This document shows, in pieces, positions 28,045 to 41,000 of a stretch of 64,000 nucleotides of DNA (within the stretch, counting starts at the first letter, position 1; each line of letters begins with the position of its first letter). Origin of the DNA: an uncultured virus (IMG/VR IMGVR_UViG_3300025844_000015) (taxonomy: Duplodnaviria; Heunggongvirae; Uroviricota; Caudoviricetes); IMG/VR virus record IMGVR_UViG_3300025844_000015, positions 1-64,000 of that record. One strand, written 5' to 3'. A program made the position numbers and the translations under genes. The notes beneath the pieces were generated by a model, which ran no database searches, was not told where the DNA came from, and saw only the letters and a program-made list of their open reading frames with translations.

Positions 28045-28764
28045 ATGGGCAAAAACCACAACAGGGCTTCTCTCGCTTTGCATGCATTCGTAGACAATCT
28101 GGACAATGCACATTATGACGCAAATAACGGAAAACTGGAATACAATTTGGGGGAAGTTATTCAAAATGGATTCTTTTCAAATGTTGATATCGTTATCATT
28201 CAAGGAAACTCCGAATCAATAAGAGCGGCCAAGAGGAAAGATTCTGATACATACGCCATAGTTATCCAAACTCCAACACTACCAGAAATTGGTGCGGTAG
28301 ATGACTTTATTGAAAATAAAAAAATTGCAATACCAGTCATCAAAGAACTTGCAAAAATTGCTAATAATTTAGAGGATCAGGGAGTTGACGGTTCTGACCA
28401 ACTTACGGATCATGAAAAAAGCAAAAAGTTCAACAGCAAAGATTTTTTCGAAAAAGCATACATGTTGGGTGTTGAGAAAATGAATCGTTATTTGGAACGG
28501 TTACAGGGTCAGATCGAAAGCCTTAACCGAAAAGCCGAAAATGCTGGTCTAGCGTCTAGAAAGGCTACTTATAAAATGGCTATAGACAAGTTAAAAGAAG
28601 AAACAATCGGCGAAGACGCCAAAAAGTTTTCCACAAAGTTCTATGAATTAATTGAAGAAGAACACCCGAACTTTAGAAAATATTTAGAATCTGAAAATAG
28701 AAAAAGATTAGAATCTAGGGTTAATCAATTTTACAAAAAAATTTCTTCTAGATTTAAAATCTAA
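28045..28764 (+). CDS. Hypothetical late protein
   Basis: TATAAATA at 28012-28019, AAGGA RBS, 239-aa ORF. Confidence 0.8.
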   Translation: MGKNHNRASLALHAFVDNLDNAHYDANNGKLEYNLGEVIQNGFFSNVDIVIIQGNSESIRAAKRKDSDTYAIVIQTPTLPEIGAVDDFIENKKIAIPVIKELAKIANNLEDQGVDGSDQLTDHEKSKKFNSKDFFEKAYMLGVEKMNRYLERLQGQIESLNRKAENAGLASRKATYKMAIDKLKEETIGEDAKKFSTKFYELIEEEHPNFRKYLESENRKRLESRVNQFYKKISSRFKI

Positions 28765-28875
28765 TTGCAGTATAATGACGACCCGCAAATGACAGAATAC
28801 GAGAACAGGAGAAAAGAAGGGTGGTATCGAATATGGGATTGTGGAAGTAATAAATGGGTTTGGAATAAACCATAA
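28765..28875 (+). pseudogene. Remnant of the C-terminus of a Hef-like phage homing endonuclease
   Basis: Translates LQYNDDPQMTEYENRRKEGWYRIWDCGSNKWVWNKP, matching the TExEN...G.RIWDCG..KW C-terminal motif. Confidence 0.6.
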
Positions 28876-28900
28876 AAAAGCCCCGCGAGCGGGGCTTTTT
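28875..28900. terminator. Bidirectional rho-independent terminator
   Basis: AAAAAGCCCCGC-GA-GCGGGGCTTTTT between convergent genes. Confidence 0.92.
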
Positions 28901-28924
28901 CTTTTCTACCGCACGGTTTATCTA

Positions 28925-31072
28925 TTACGTGTTAGATGGTGGGTTTGCGATAATGCTACCCGGATCACCGATGTCTGCATCTAAAGCAACCACTCTAATA
29001 GTAACAGGGATAAATTCTACCGCTGTTACTGGCTTTAAGGCCACATCAATCCAAAGTTCCTTGCGCTGAACACGATCTGGAGTATTGTTGGAATCGTCAC
29101 AAATTGTAGCGAAGTCGAACAATGCTCTAGTGTTGATCAATCCGAACAAGAAATTATCCACAGTAGTTTTCACCTGATCGCGAGTAATCTGATCGTTTGG
29201 TTCAAACAGGTAAGGGAACAACCCTCTACGAACTTCTCTTTTGATGTATCTCAACAATCTTTCGATGTTTACGGATTCTCTCAAAGATACGGCACCGTAC
29301 ACAGTTTTCTGGCCAAGAACCAAGATTCCTCTTCCGGATATGCGTGTGATCGGATTGATGTTTTTAGGAAACTCATACAGCGAATCCCTAGCACCAACAT
29401 TGAGATCTTCCTCTACAAATGTGGTAGGACCCCCCAAGTTCCCAGAAACATAACCAGTTTTTGTTAGGTGAGGACATGATCCACGTTCGACACCCGCTGG
29501 TGCGTACCACAAGGCAGTCTCTCTATCATTGAAAGCATAGACTCTCAAGGCAGTAGAGGCCGAGGTGGTTAGAATGTTTCTACCGTCGAGATTAGAAGAA
29601 ATTCCGTGACCATAGTAGTAAGCAGCGCCGGGATATGTGGTTCTTTCTGAAGAAAGAGCCCAAGTGGTAATACCGTTAAATCCAGTTGGCGGTCTGTCAA
29701 ACGGGGTTTCACCGATTACAAATACTTCTTCCAACATGTCAACTGCCATCCTATTCAATTCGTCCGTAAGCTCGTGGTATCCCGGAGCTACTAGTAGGTT
29801 ATATGAATAAGCGTCAGGGTTTCTCACACCAAGGGTCGGGTCATTGATTGCAGCTTGCATCTGGGCTACGATTTCTGCTCTTCTTTCAGCATCATTAATA
29901 CCCAAACTGGTGAAATTCCTGAACTCTCTTGTCAACTCATACTCGTTAGCGGCAGTAGACAACAGTGCCACAATTTCTGGACAAGTGTACGAAGAACTGT
30001 CATCAATTGCATTATACAGACCAAAATAATCCCCAGTGGCAGCATTTTCATAGCCGTCGGCAAAAATTAATAGTTGGTCTGTGCCTAGACCCTGTACTGG
30101 GTCAGCTAGGAACAAGAATAGATTCAAGGAACTAAATAGTCCCGTCGCACCAGAAACGCCTTCTTCTATTTCAATACTTGAAGTGGCCCCAGACAAAGCA
30201 GAAGTTACTCTTAAACGACCCGCGACAAAATCTATAAAAGCGTCACCACCGAGTTCGGTGTTAATTTCGTCTATCAATTCTCCAAAAGTCTGAATAGCCG
30301 CACCATCTAGAGAAACCGTTTGCGGCACTGCACCTTCTATGCTAATGGTAAATGCGTAAGTGGTGGCATCGTTATTCAGTCCAGTAACATCATCGGTGGT
30401 TAGGAAGCCCCCGGTTGTATCAAATACTATTTCTTGGTACCCCGACCTAGCAACGTTGTTATCCTCTAAGAAATTTTGCTTGAAAAGATTGTTGTTTCCT
30501 GTTCTGTTCTTGGAAGAGAAAGAATATACGTTGAATAGGTCAGTAAGAGCCTCTTCAATCAAAAGTTTCGCGTCAGAACCAGCTACTTCTGTAGAGGCTG
30601 CTGGGCCATACAATTCGTTTTCTTCGTTGAACTCTGCTAGGTAATCTTCGAAAAGCTCGCAAACGTAATCAGAAGCTTCTGAAATTTTGCGTCCCCACAA
30701 TGCACGGATTCCAGTAATAGAATCGTCCAAGTTCACGTTGGCACGGACAACATATGCTCTGTTACCAACTTCCAAAAATTTGTTTAACGCATCCAAACCG
30801 TATTCGTTTCTGGCGTCGCCGTGGAACGGTTGGCCATCAACACTTTCCAAATATCTAGGAATTCCGTATAGTTCAACGGCCTGACGGATAGACGTTACTT
30901 CTCTAAAAACTCCATACTCATATGTACCAAGTGCTGGAGTCACGCCGTCAGGCTGTGTTTTCTCGTCAGCAGTCGCAATGAAAATTACCGGAATTGTAGC
31001 CGCACGACCCGGAATGAAAAAACTTTGGTCGTCAATGGTTACACTTACACCGGGGCTAATTAAACTTGCCAT
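28925..31072 (-). CDS. Tail sheath protein (gp18-like)
   Basis: LISPGVSV, WYAPAGVERG, INPI...GQKT...NIERLL...FEPND..TR...CDDSNNTP...KPVTAVEFI. Confidence 0.95.
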   Translation of the reverse strand: MASLISPGVSVTIDDQSFFIPGRAATIPVIFIATADEKTQPDGVTPALGTYEYGVFREVTSIRQAVELYGIPRYLESVDGQPFHGDARNEYGLDALNKFLEVGNRAYVVRANVNLDDSITGIRALWGRKISEASDYVCELFEDYLAEFNEENELYGPAASTEVAGSDAKLLIEEALTDLFNVYSFSSKNRTGNNNLFKQNFLEDNNVARSGYQEIVFDTTGGFLTTDDVTGLNNDATTYAFTISIEGAVPQTVSLDGAAIQTFGELIDEINTELGGDAFIDFVAGRLRVTSALSGATSSIEIEEGVSGATGLFSSLNLFLFLADPVQGLGTDQLLIFADGYENAATGDYFGLYNAIDDSSSYTCPEIVALLSTAANEYELTREFRNFTSLGINDAERRAEIVAQMQAAINDPTLGVRNPDAYSYNLLVAPGYHELTDELNRMAVDMLEEVFVIGETPFDRPPTGFNGITTWALSSERTTYPGAAYYYGHGISSNLDGRNILTTSASTALRVYAFNDRETALWYAPAGVERGSCPHLTKTGYVSGNLGGPTTFVEEDLNVGARDSLYEFPKNINPITRISGRGILVLGQKTVYGAVSLRESVNIERLLRYIKREVRRGLFPYLFEPNDQITRDQVKTTVDNFLFGLINTRALFDFATICDDSNNTPDRVQRKELWIDVALKPVTAVEFIPVTIRVVALDADIGDPGSIIANPPSNT

Positions 31073-31141
31073 ATTTTATTCTCCTGAATTATCGCAAATG
31101 TTCAATGATATTTATTAGGCGTGTATTTGGAAATTGTAAAT

Positions 31142-31930
31142 TTACCTAGGTGGTGGGTCTAAGTCATCAATATCAAATATATTTTCATAATCGTCTTCCA
31201 TTCCACGGGACGCTGCTATTTGTTTTACTTCTTCAAAACTAGCAGCTTTTTCTAGATTTTGTATTCTCAATTTTATTTTCTGTATAATATCGTCTCTTAC
31301 ATTTACAGGAGCACTTAACCAAGCCTCTATCTGGAATGACAGATTCAACGAAAGTATTCTTCTTTCACCTCCTGCGGGATAATTTTCTTCATTGTCAATA
31401 GACATTAGCATCACTCGGTGTATTGCAGTGTGGTCGTCGGGGTCATCTGAGGTATACAGAAGAAGATCTGGATCAAATATTAAAGCTATTTGTTCGAGTA
31501 TTTCATATTGATGAAACAAATTAGATGTTAGAATGTTAACCTCTCCTCGGATTCTCCACGGGATTGGTTTAAGTTTTTCGATTGTTCTTAGATCATCAGG
31601 GAAAACTCCCCCTCTAGGAAAAGTTACAGATTTATCTATGGTTCTCATGCCGCTCATACGATCCAGTGCCAATTCCATATCTGAAAACCGAACACTAAGA
31701 ATAGGAAGTTTGACCGGTATATTGGGGGAGTTTCTCGCCATAATATGGGCTACTACCCTATCTTTGGAGCCATGAATAACTGGAACCCGTATCAAATTTG
31801 ATTCGGAATTGAAATCGTTTTTCCCCACACTCACTTGAAGACCAGAAAAAATAGCCATAAATTGAATCAGATATTTTCTAATCTGCTCTTGACTGTAGTG
31901 ACTGCTTAGACTGTTATTTTCTTGTACCAT
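31142..31930 (-). CDS. Tail completion / sheath stabilizer (gp15-like)
   Basis: QIRKYLIQFMAIFS...VPV...LPILS...PIPW...ILEQIALIFDP. Confidence 0.75.
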   Translation of the reverse strand: MVQENNSLSSHYSQEQIRKYLIQFMAIFSGLQVSVGKNDFNSESNLIRVPVIHGSKDRVVAHIMARNSPNIPVKLPILSVRFSDMELALDRMSGMRTIDKSVTFPRGGVFPDDLRTIEKLKPIPWRIRGEVNILTSNLFHQYEILEQIALIFDPDLLLYTSDDPDDHTAIHRVMLMSIDNEENYPAGGERRILSLNLSFQIEAWLSAPVNVRDDIIQKIKLRIQNLEKAASFEEVKQIAASRGMEDDYENIFDIDDLDPPPR

Positions 31931-32049
31931 ATGTTTTTATTCCACCATGTTCCCGACGATGAAAGCCTTACCTTTCTGTGTCGTGGAAAAACTTATCAAT
32001 ACCTCGTTACTATTTAGTATATAGAAGGATTTCCGTCCGGCTATTGTAC

Positions 32050-35000
32050 TTATGGTATGATATCAGACGTTAAAATTTCAATAGAGCACAATGTTATTTC
32101 ACCTGAAAACGCAAATCCAAGAATATCAATATTAGCACCAGTACCTATAATTCCAGATAGTCCGGTATATTCAAATATCTGGGGAACGCCATCCACCAAT
32201 TCCATTGCTTGATACCCCGCCCCACCCGATATCGCATCAAAAGTCACTTGTGTGTCACCCGACACACCGCCTGTACCCGATGATGTTAATGTAAATCTAA
32301 CACCCTGAATGTTAATGTTTTCATATGCAGGATTGATAACTATGTTCATACTATTGAACCCTTCAAAACTTTTCGTCCAACATGGGTTGGTGTATACCGT
32401 TGGGGTCTGTCCGTCACCCGTAGTTGGATCACCAGTCCAATATGTATCAGGCGTAATATCTACCCAGATTGGTACGGATGCAGCCGACGGGGTTGGGGTG
32501 GGTGATAGTATTGGTGTAACACTTGGTGTAACACTTGGTGTAACACTTGGTGTAACACTCACGGTTGGGGTGGGGGTAGGAGTTGGTGGTGGTGGTACGT
32601 CTACAGCACACTCTAATTCACTACCAACCACTTTAACAATTTCCAGCGTCTCACCTTCTAAAATAGTACCCGCATTTCCAACATCTACGGCCACCCACGA
32701 AGTCTTGAAAAAGTCCGGGTGCTTTTTCTTAGCAATCATAGAATTTTCCAGAATCTCAAAAAAGATGTCATTGACTTCTTTCACGGTGAACAGAGCATAT
32801 ATCGCTCTGAGTAGCTGTACGTATCCCTCTGGTACCGTTAGATCATAAGATTCGTAGAACGCTTCTATATCACCAACAGACCATTTTCTGTTCGGTTCAA
32901 ACAGCACCTGAGTAATAAGTTTTCTTAGGATGTCTCTATCAACTAAAGTTTGCTCTCTACCCAGTCCAATTCGTGTAGAAGCGCCGCGCACTAATACATC
33001 GTATCTGACTCTTTCTTCAGACGGAACCGGGACTCTCTCGTCAATGTTGAACAATTCGTCCACAACTTCAAATCCGGTAGTACTTTCAACCACTTTTCTC
33101 CAAAGAATAAAATCGATTTTAGAAGTTTGGTTCTTTCTAATAAGTTTCCAATCTACGTGTTTGTTCTTTTTTTCTAAATCAAGACCCAGATCATCTCTTA
33201 ATGTAAAATCTTTCCGAAGTCTTAGTACATAATCAGAGTTATTCTTAACGCTGTTTGCCAAACCTTTGATGATAAGTTGAGAGAATCGCAATGGTAGATT
33301 GTTGTCGTCGGGGTCGTAGGTTGCCCCGAACAACACACCATAACCATCACCCTCCTCACGGAATCCTTCAATAACGGCGTAGGGTTTGGTCATATCTGAG
33401 AGTTCACGCTCCGCGTCAAAAAGAGTAAGTGTAGTATTATTCAACAACTTCTGTGATTTGTCACCTCTAACCCAAAAGTAATACTTTGATTTTATATCAC
33501 CGCTCACGCGGTCTATGTAGTCTATCTTACTGTGGGGATGTACCCGGATATAATCACCATTATCAATTTCCTCTTCGCTAGGGACAACAGCTTCCTTTAC
33601 CAACGTAATTATTGAATTGTCGGGGATATCAAGCCCGAAGGTTTCTGCTAATGCGAGCGTGGCCAAAAATACGTCATAGGAAACATAATTAAACCTTAAG
33701 GTAAATTTTCCATTAACGTACAGGTCAAGAAATTGTTCAGGTGTGAAATCTTCCAAATCTGACGATTCTATCCCGGCCTTGGGGAAACTTCTTACAATGG
33801 TTTTTTCTTCTTCCCACCGGGCTTGTCCCGCTCCGGGATTTACTACTTTTTTATAAACCACAGATTTTGGATTTCCTGTCAACTTTTCCCCCAGTGGTAT
33901 ATTTTCTAGAGACTGTTTCTCTACTTCGTTAATATAATCCTCTGGTGAGAAATCACTTTCTGTCCAGCGATACATTTCTATTTCTCCGTAATCTGCTAAA
34001 TTGCCCCACTTCAGACTGCGCTCTTCTTGATTTGGAAAAATGAATTTGTCGTAGTAAGGAACGTATCCTTTTTTGGTTATATCCAGCCAAACTTTTCCTA
34101 TCTGTTTTTCTTCCCAAAAACTTTCTCTCTTGATAAACGCGCCACTGGAAGAATTAACATCAAAATCCAAAGTATACGAGGCTGGATCTTTTTCTAGCTT
34201 AAAATCTATTGGATAATTTCCTACTGGGTTTTCTTGTCCAAAAGCCGGGTTCCATATAGGAATATCGGCAACCACCCGTTCCTCACGTTTGTTATCTATC
34301 AACTTGAAAATGTTAGTACTGTCGTATGAATACCTCAACCCAGTAACAGTAATATTCTGCCACACCTCGATGTTTGTAGCAATGAATTCTATGACTAACC
34401 CGTTTATAAATCTATAATCCACACCTTCGCTGGCAATGAATTTTTCATCAGAAATTTCATACTCGATCTTAGCACCATAAACAGGGACGTTCAATCGTAA
34501 AACCGGATTATTGGTAATACTTGTGATCGTTGACGTTTGTATTAGATTTTCAGCATTCGTGAATATTTCAGTTTCTTCAACATCTAAGAAATAACCCTTG
34601 AACGGCTTCATTAGATCCACAACATCTGGAAGATTTTCCCAACGGTTAAAATCAGTTAGTCGAATAGGAATATAGTCCTTTCCGATAGTTCCGCCAGTTG
34701 GTGGAACAAATTCAAGTCGAAGTTCCTTTCTAATTACGTCATCCGTATTGAGTTTTATCTCAGGGTAGGCTTTTTTCTTAGAATCCCCAAACTCACATAG
34801 TTTATATGCCCAGAACTCATCAACTGTTACTCCGGTTAATGCACGTTGATTTGTAAAAGCCTCAAGTGAAAAATTTGTACCCTTGTTTTGTACAAAAGAT
34901 TTCCAAAATACAAACTGTGACTTTTCGTTAATACCCAAGTTTTCCATATACTGTTTTGGTCCCTGATACCCCACGGACCTTCTGACTGCCTCTGTAGTAT

Positions 35001-38000
35001 CATCACCCCTAATGTTGTTGTATACATCGTAATAGTCTCTTATATCTTGTATCGATTTTTCGATGTTATCTATTAAGGAGTTGTCACTCAAAACCAAACC
35101 CCCCACATGGAGTCTTCCCGTGGGTTCTGTCGGCCTCAGAAAACTTAAAAACACCCTAGGGGTTTTGATTCCTAAAAAGGGATCATATATTAACTTGTTA
35201 CCGCTAGTGTACTGATTAAACCTGCAAATGTGCGACACCTCGAAAATAGAATAATCCGCACCCGCAATCTTATTTTCGCTGTTCTGTGTTAACAAAACGC
35301 TTGTTTCTCTGTCATTCCTGAAAAATAATAAATTTTCTAAGTCGATGTATTCTCCATTAACATCCAAAACATTTTGTCTTTCGAATAACCCGTTTCTGGC
35401 CCTCTCAAAACTCGAAGGTAACCCTCTATCGTGGCTCACAACAAAATGGTTGTAATATGGATTGGTCATCATTTTAGGAAGAACTTTGTCACTTTTGAAA
35501 ATTTCCAAATACACTTCCCCGGAGCCGGTAGAAAACTCTATAAACCTTCCGGCAGTGGCGTCGTTTTTGGAATATGCCAACTGAATAGCACCAGACCTAG
35601 TAACAATAGCGTAGTATGGTACAAACGCATTAAATGGACTGTTTAATTCTTCCGGCACCGTTCCACCCTCACCCGCTTTCAACCTTACGGCCTGTCCAGT
35701 CGCCAAGAACTGTCCAGAAGGACTGATAAAAGAGCTAGAATCAACGTTTACCGTTGCAGATATTCTCGGGGGGAGTTCTTCTGCTCTCTGTATTAGAGTG
35801 TCTAGCCACACAATATACTTTTCAATTTCCAAAATCCATTCATTGTCTCTTCCACTGTCTTCGGCTTTATTGGTCTTGTCAAAAGGAACTGACTTAATAC
35901 CGCGATCTTCCAGCAGAGCTTCATAACCAAAGAGAATATCTATGAGAGATTGTATTCTGGTTACGTTTTGAGCTTCAAAGAGGGTTTTAACGAGGCGAGT
36001 GTCTGGTTCATGTCTTCTGAATGCATAGTCTATTCTGTTCAACGGTTTAAACGTGTTTGTGACTTTTCCGACCCAGAAGTTACCAGAACCCGCAGTGGCA
36101 AAATTTATAACAGTTCCCAATTTTGCTAGGTCTTCACTCTCTGAAATCTGGAATGTTGTACCGTTAATCTTTACGATATAATAGGGAATATAATTCAGTA
36201 GTTCTCCCGGTAGTACCCCGTCTGTGTTTAAAAATACCTCTTGCCCGGTTTCCCACGGGATTGTTATGGTATTTTCTGGGCTTACAATTCCGTCTACGAT
36301 GTCGTCAGTTATAACAACATCTTCCAAGACTTTAACTAGAGTCTCGTTTCTTCTAAAATCGTATATTACGTCGTCAACTGTATACGTCCCACCATAGTTG
36401 GTAGAAGAAGAGACCGTTATCTGGTCACCAGCCGAAAACTCTCCCAAAACGTTGCCATAAACATAGAATATTTTTTTGAACTCGAAATCAGTTATGCCGT
36501 CCTCAGACACTAAGCCCGAAGATATTACGGGAAAAAGGCTGTCTAGGCTAATGCTTATTGAAGAACCGAGACCCGTGGCCTCGCTGCGGATGATCAAATA
36601 TCCGTTTTCTAAATCGATAAAGGCACCACTTATTTGATCATTGATACTGGCGATAACGTCACCAACTGTCGGAGTATTGGGAGAGAGTGACCCGTCTATG
36701 GTGACAACAGTAGACGTTGTGCCGTCGATATCAATAGTAAACTGGTATGGCCCTGCCGTTAACCCAGTAACATCCGTCAACGCTAAAGGTGAAGAATATA
36801 TAGCTCTCCAAAAGCCTCTAGGTGAGTCTATTTCTGTGGCCTTGATTTGATACCCACCGGTTGTAAAAGTATTTGTTCCCACCAATCTAACTTGGTAATT
36901 TTGTGGTGGATAATATTCTATAGTTTTCTTCTTTTTAGGACTTTTAATATATGGTTTGAAAACCCAGTTGCTTGTTTCGTAATGAGTTCTTTCCGTGATT
37001 GGGGCTCTTTTTTGGACCGCCCAATTTATCGCGGAGAATGTATTTTCGGTCGAGTTTAGCTGGCGATCAATGAATGTCGCATAATCTCTAGCAACTATGT
37101 CGATCTGGTCCCCCGAAACACCTAATGTAGTGTCGTTGATCAGAGTGTTAAAAATGTATGCTGCGTTTACATTCCAACCAATCCATAAATCCCTATAGTC
37201 AGAAGATCCCCCGTCTAACTCCAGATATCTATTGTAATTAACGATCCACTGCTGTATACCCGCAGAATAATAAACCGTGCCATCTTCTCTGTAGTCTCCG
37301 TGGAATAGAGTTTTAAAATGTGGATTTATATTTTGGGTTTCTTTGTTAGCAAGCAAGCAATCTACTTGTACCAAATCATCACCATAGTTTCTGCTAAAAA
37401 ATTCTATTGGATCACACAAAAAAGACGCCTTGAGCAAGAAATATAAGTAGCTACTACTATTTTTCCATTTCCACTCAACTGGACCATCTTGTCCAAAAAG
37501 AAAATCCGCATTTGGAGAAGATACATAATTGCCAAGACTCTTGTCGAATAGTGGTTTAAAGCGGGGGTCTGCCGATAGCGAACCATCCCAATATGGTGGT
37601 GCCAGTTCATCACTAGCAATACCCGCCACGGTACTTCCGGTTACGTTAACGGGAGAGTAATCGTAAATTTGAGTTTCTCCACTGTTGCCAGTAGAAATAG
37701 TTCCATTTGGTAATTCTTGTCCGGCTGGGACGACTCCAGTGAATATGTTATCCCACATAGTTTCTTTCCAGAATCGATCTATTCCTAAATCGTTATTCTT
37801 GTATGTGGTCTTCCACCATGTGGGCTCTTCTTCATAACCTTGCAAGATCCAAGGTTCTCGGTGGGGATATGCTGTTCCATATATTTCTTCATACAATCCC
37901 TGCCACGATGCCTTTCCCCTAGCAGAAAAAACTCCGGAAAGTGGATGTGTTGCTATGTCGGTATTGGCGTAGTTCCATGTAAAAGCATCCCCGCTCTGGA

Positions 38001-41000
38001 ACGCGGTGTTGTGTAGTGCATCTTCTCCGACCAAACACAAAAATTCGGTCTCTTCAAGATCTCTAAAACGACTGTTTGTTTTAGTCAACTCTAGATTATA
38101 AAATTCGTCTAATGGCTCTCTGTGCTGTCCGGCAGAGTATAACAGAGTTTCCAACTCGTAAAGCAAATTGGCAATTTGTCCGATCACATCAATCTCGGTC
38201 CATGAACCTGATTCTAATTGATACAAAGATATGCTTTTTTCGGAAGAAACCCCCCTAACCAAATAGTCTCCTTCTGCATAATCTGCTATATCCGGGAAAG
38301 CTTCACTGTCTTCGGACACCTTCTGTGTATTTTTGGTTAGTATTCCGTAGAATTTGCTCTTCTGAGCGTTCGTTATATCTAATGTGAAATATGTGCCATC
38401 GTGTCTTTTGACTATCCAGTCTTCACCCCGTTTGAATATAGAAGGTTTAGAAAGCCCCGTCATTCTCAAAATTGCCGAAGTTGATATTACGTTTTTGATC
38501 CCATATCCATCAGCGTAACTAAAAGAATCTCCAAACAAACGATCCCATCTTGTGTTATTTTCGGTGTAATTTTCGAAGTTTTCTATTAAATCGACTTCTG
38601 ACATTTCTAAAAAAGTAGAAAGATTTTCTAGATATCGTAATGTCCACCTATAAGTAAGTCGTTCGTATGCGTCCCCCACAAAATCTAAAGTTTTGGGTAT
38701 ATCAATTTGTTCCCCCAACATCGCAGAGACTAGTAGGTCGAGGTTGCCGTTGTGTTCTTTGATGGTACCACCCAATCCGAAGTTTGGATTGTTCAAAGCA
38801 TGAAACACTTCTTCTGGGTTTGTCGAATTGTATTTTGTCGGTTCTTGTGCTAATGTTATAGTTTTGAAATGTCTAAATAAGTCGGTGAGACTTACTTCCT
38901 TTCTAAGCTCATGCTGTATGTTATATTTCCAACTGTTGGGTATGTCCCAGTCACTTTCTATTTTTTCTGGGACGGATTGTTCATTAAACTCTCCTTTCTT
39001 CCAAATAGTTTTAATCTTATTGTCCCTTAAATCTAAATAGCAGCGTAATTTTCCTTCAGAATCCACAAGACCGTGTTCAAAAACTAGATCTCGTTCATTC
39101 CTCTTGTATTCTGCTCTTAGGTCTAACGTTCTATTCAACTCAAATTCTCCATTTTCTTTAAACCAGAAAATAGAGTTAGATTCTTCTAGTGGGTTTCCTA
39201 GAATATCATATATTTTGAACAAGGGATATTGGTTAGTTTTGGTTTTAGTTTGTTCTATTCTCTTATATCGAGACAGGTTATAGATATCTGGTGAATTTCC
39301 CGTAGGATCAACCACTACAACGTCTTTTCGACCGATGTCGTGTGTCCAATATTCTCCTAATTCGATACGAACTAGCGTGTCCGGGGTGATAACTAGGTCA
39401 CTATCTAGAACAATAGCCCCAACGTAATTGGTATTGTTGGCGGGAATGTCTGTATGTCTTCCATATATTCTTTTTCCGTCGATATACAGACGAAGGTCTC
39501 CTTCTTGGTAATCCTCAATCAAACACAAATCCGTAAGAGATTCATCAAGCTCCAACCTAGCTCCATTTATTGTAGAAGTAGGGTTGAATTCTTGCCAGTA
39601 TAGCCCTATTTTGGTTTGGTATTCTTGGAAAACGCTATTTGTCTCTGTCTTAATTTGTATAGCAGGTCCATCTAGCATGGGGTTTTTTTCGGGCTCTGCA
39701 CCACTGGCTGTGATATTTTTTATTCCAACAAAAGCCCAGTGAGTAACCAGTGGATCAAAAGTATCCCCCAAACTGGTACGTTCCGGGTAGATTGTTCCCC
39801 CTCCATCAGAAATGTCATCGCCCACGCTGAAGAAATTCTCTACTACCCGGATAACGGATTGATATCTTTCACCCGGAGTAAATTGTACAAATTCTACACT
39901 GTCAATAGTGTACTGGCCGTCGTTGGTGTTAAATCCAACGAGATTTATATTGTCGCCCTTTGTGAGAACCGATTCCATATTACCAAATCTGGCCGGTAGT
40001 AGTAATTCGTTTGAAGCTAACTGAAAAACTGGGACATTTTCGCTATCTGATTCTTCTATTTTTATAGGTCTAATTTCTAAAAGATTGGGTTGGTCTTCAA
40101 CTTTTTTGTATTGATCTTCAACTGTCTTTCGGTAAGCCCATTCAAATTCAAATTTGGAAAAGTAGGAAAGCTCTATGTAGTTCTTATATTCTATAATCGG
40201 TTGTGTTGCCTGACGACTTTCCGAAAGATTCGTAATTTGGTTTTTGTGTACCCACTTGTTTTCATCAGCCCAGTCGTTGCTGTCCGCTCGTAATTTGCTG
40301 TTTTCACTTTCGTACAATATAGAAAAAGACCTGACTTTCGTCTTCCACTGTCCGTCAATCCATTGATATAAAATGTCAGTGGTCGTATCGAAGAAAAAAT
40401 CATTTTCTTGGGCATATACATTTGCAGATAGACTATCTTTGACGTATATTTGATAAGAAATATTTTCGTCTTTGAAAAATTCAACACCGTCAACTAAAAA
40501 TCTATCAGGGTCACCAAAAACTGCACCTTCGACCCAACTAGATAAATCATGGTCCCCTGTGTTTGGGCCACTATTTATTTTGATTCCGTACTCGGCACCG
40601 ACAACAAGCTCTGACGCGGGTCCACCGAAATATTGTATTACTTCGTTTTCGCCAAGTGACAGTACGAAGCCCCCATTTGACGAAAAAACTTCCCGACGGT
40701 CATACCATACGGGCTCGCCGAGGTCATAGATGTTTATTTCGTCAACCTGCTGTGGCTCTGCCACATCTTGAAAATATATGGATTCACTTCTAGCGGCGTA
40801 TGCATAAGCATGAACAGATACCCGTGTAGGGGAGGTTTGGGGGACAGTTTTAAGCGTGAATACACTTTCATTATTGTCTTCGTCAAACTCGTAAGATTGA
40901 ACCTCGACAAATTCTTGTATACCATCCAAATCCGTATATAAACTTAAAATAAAACCTTCACGAGCCCCCGTCAAAAATGACCCGGATACTCGAAGTTCTG

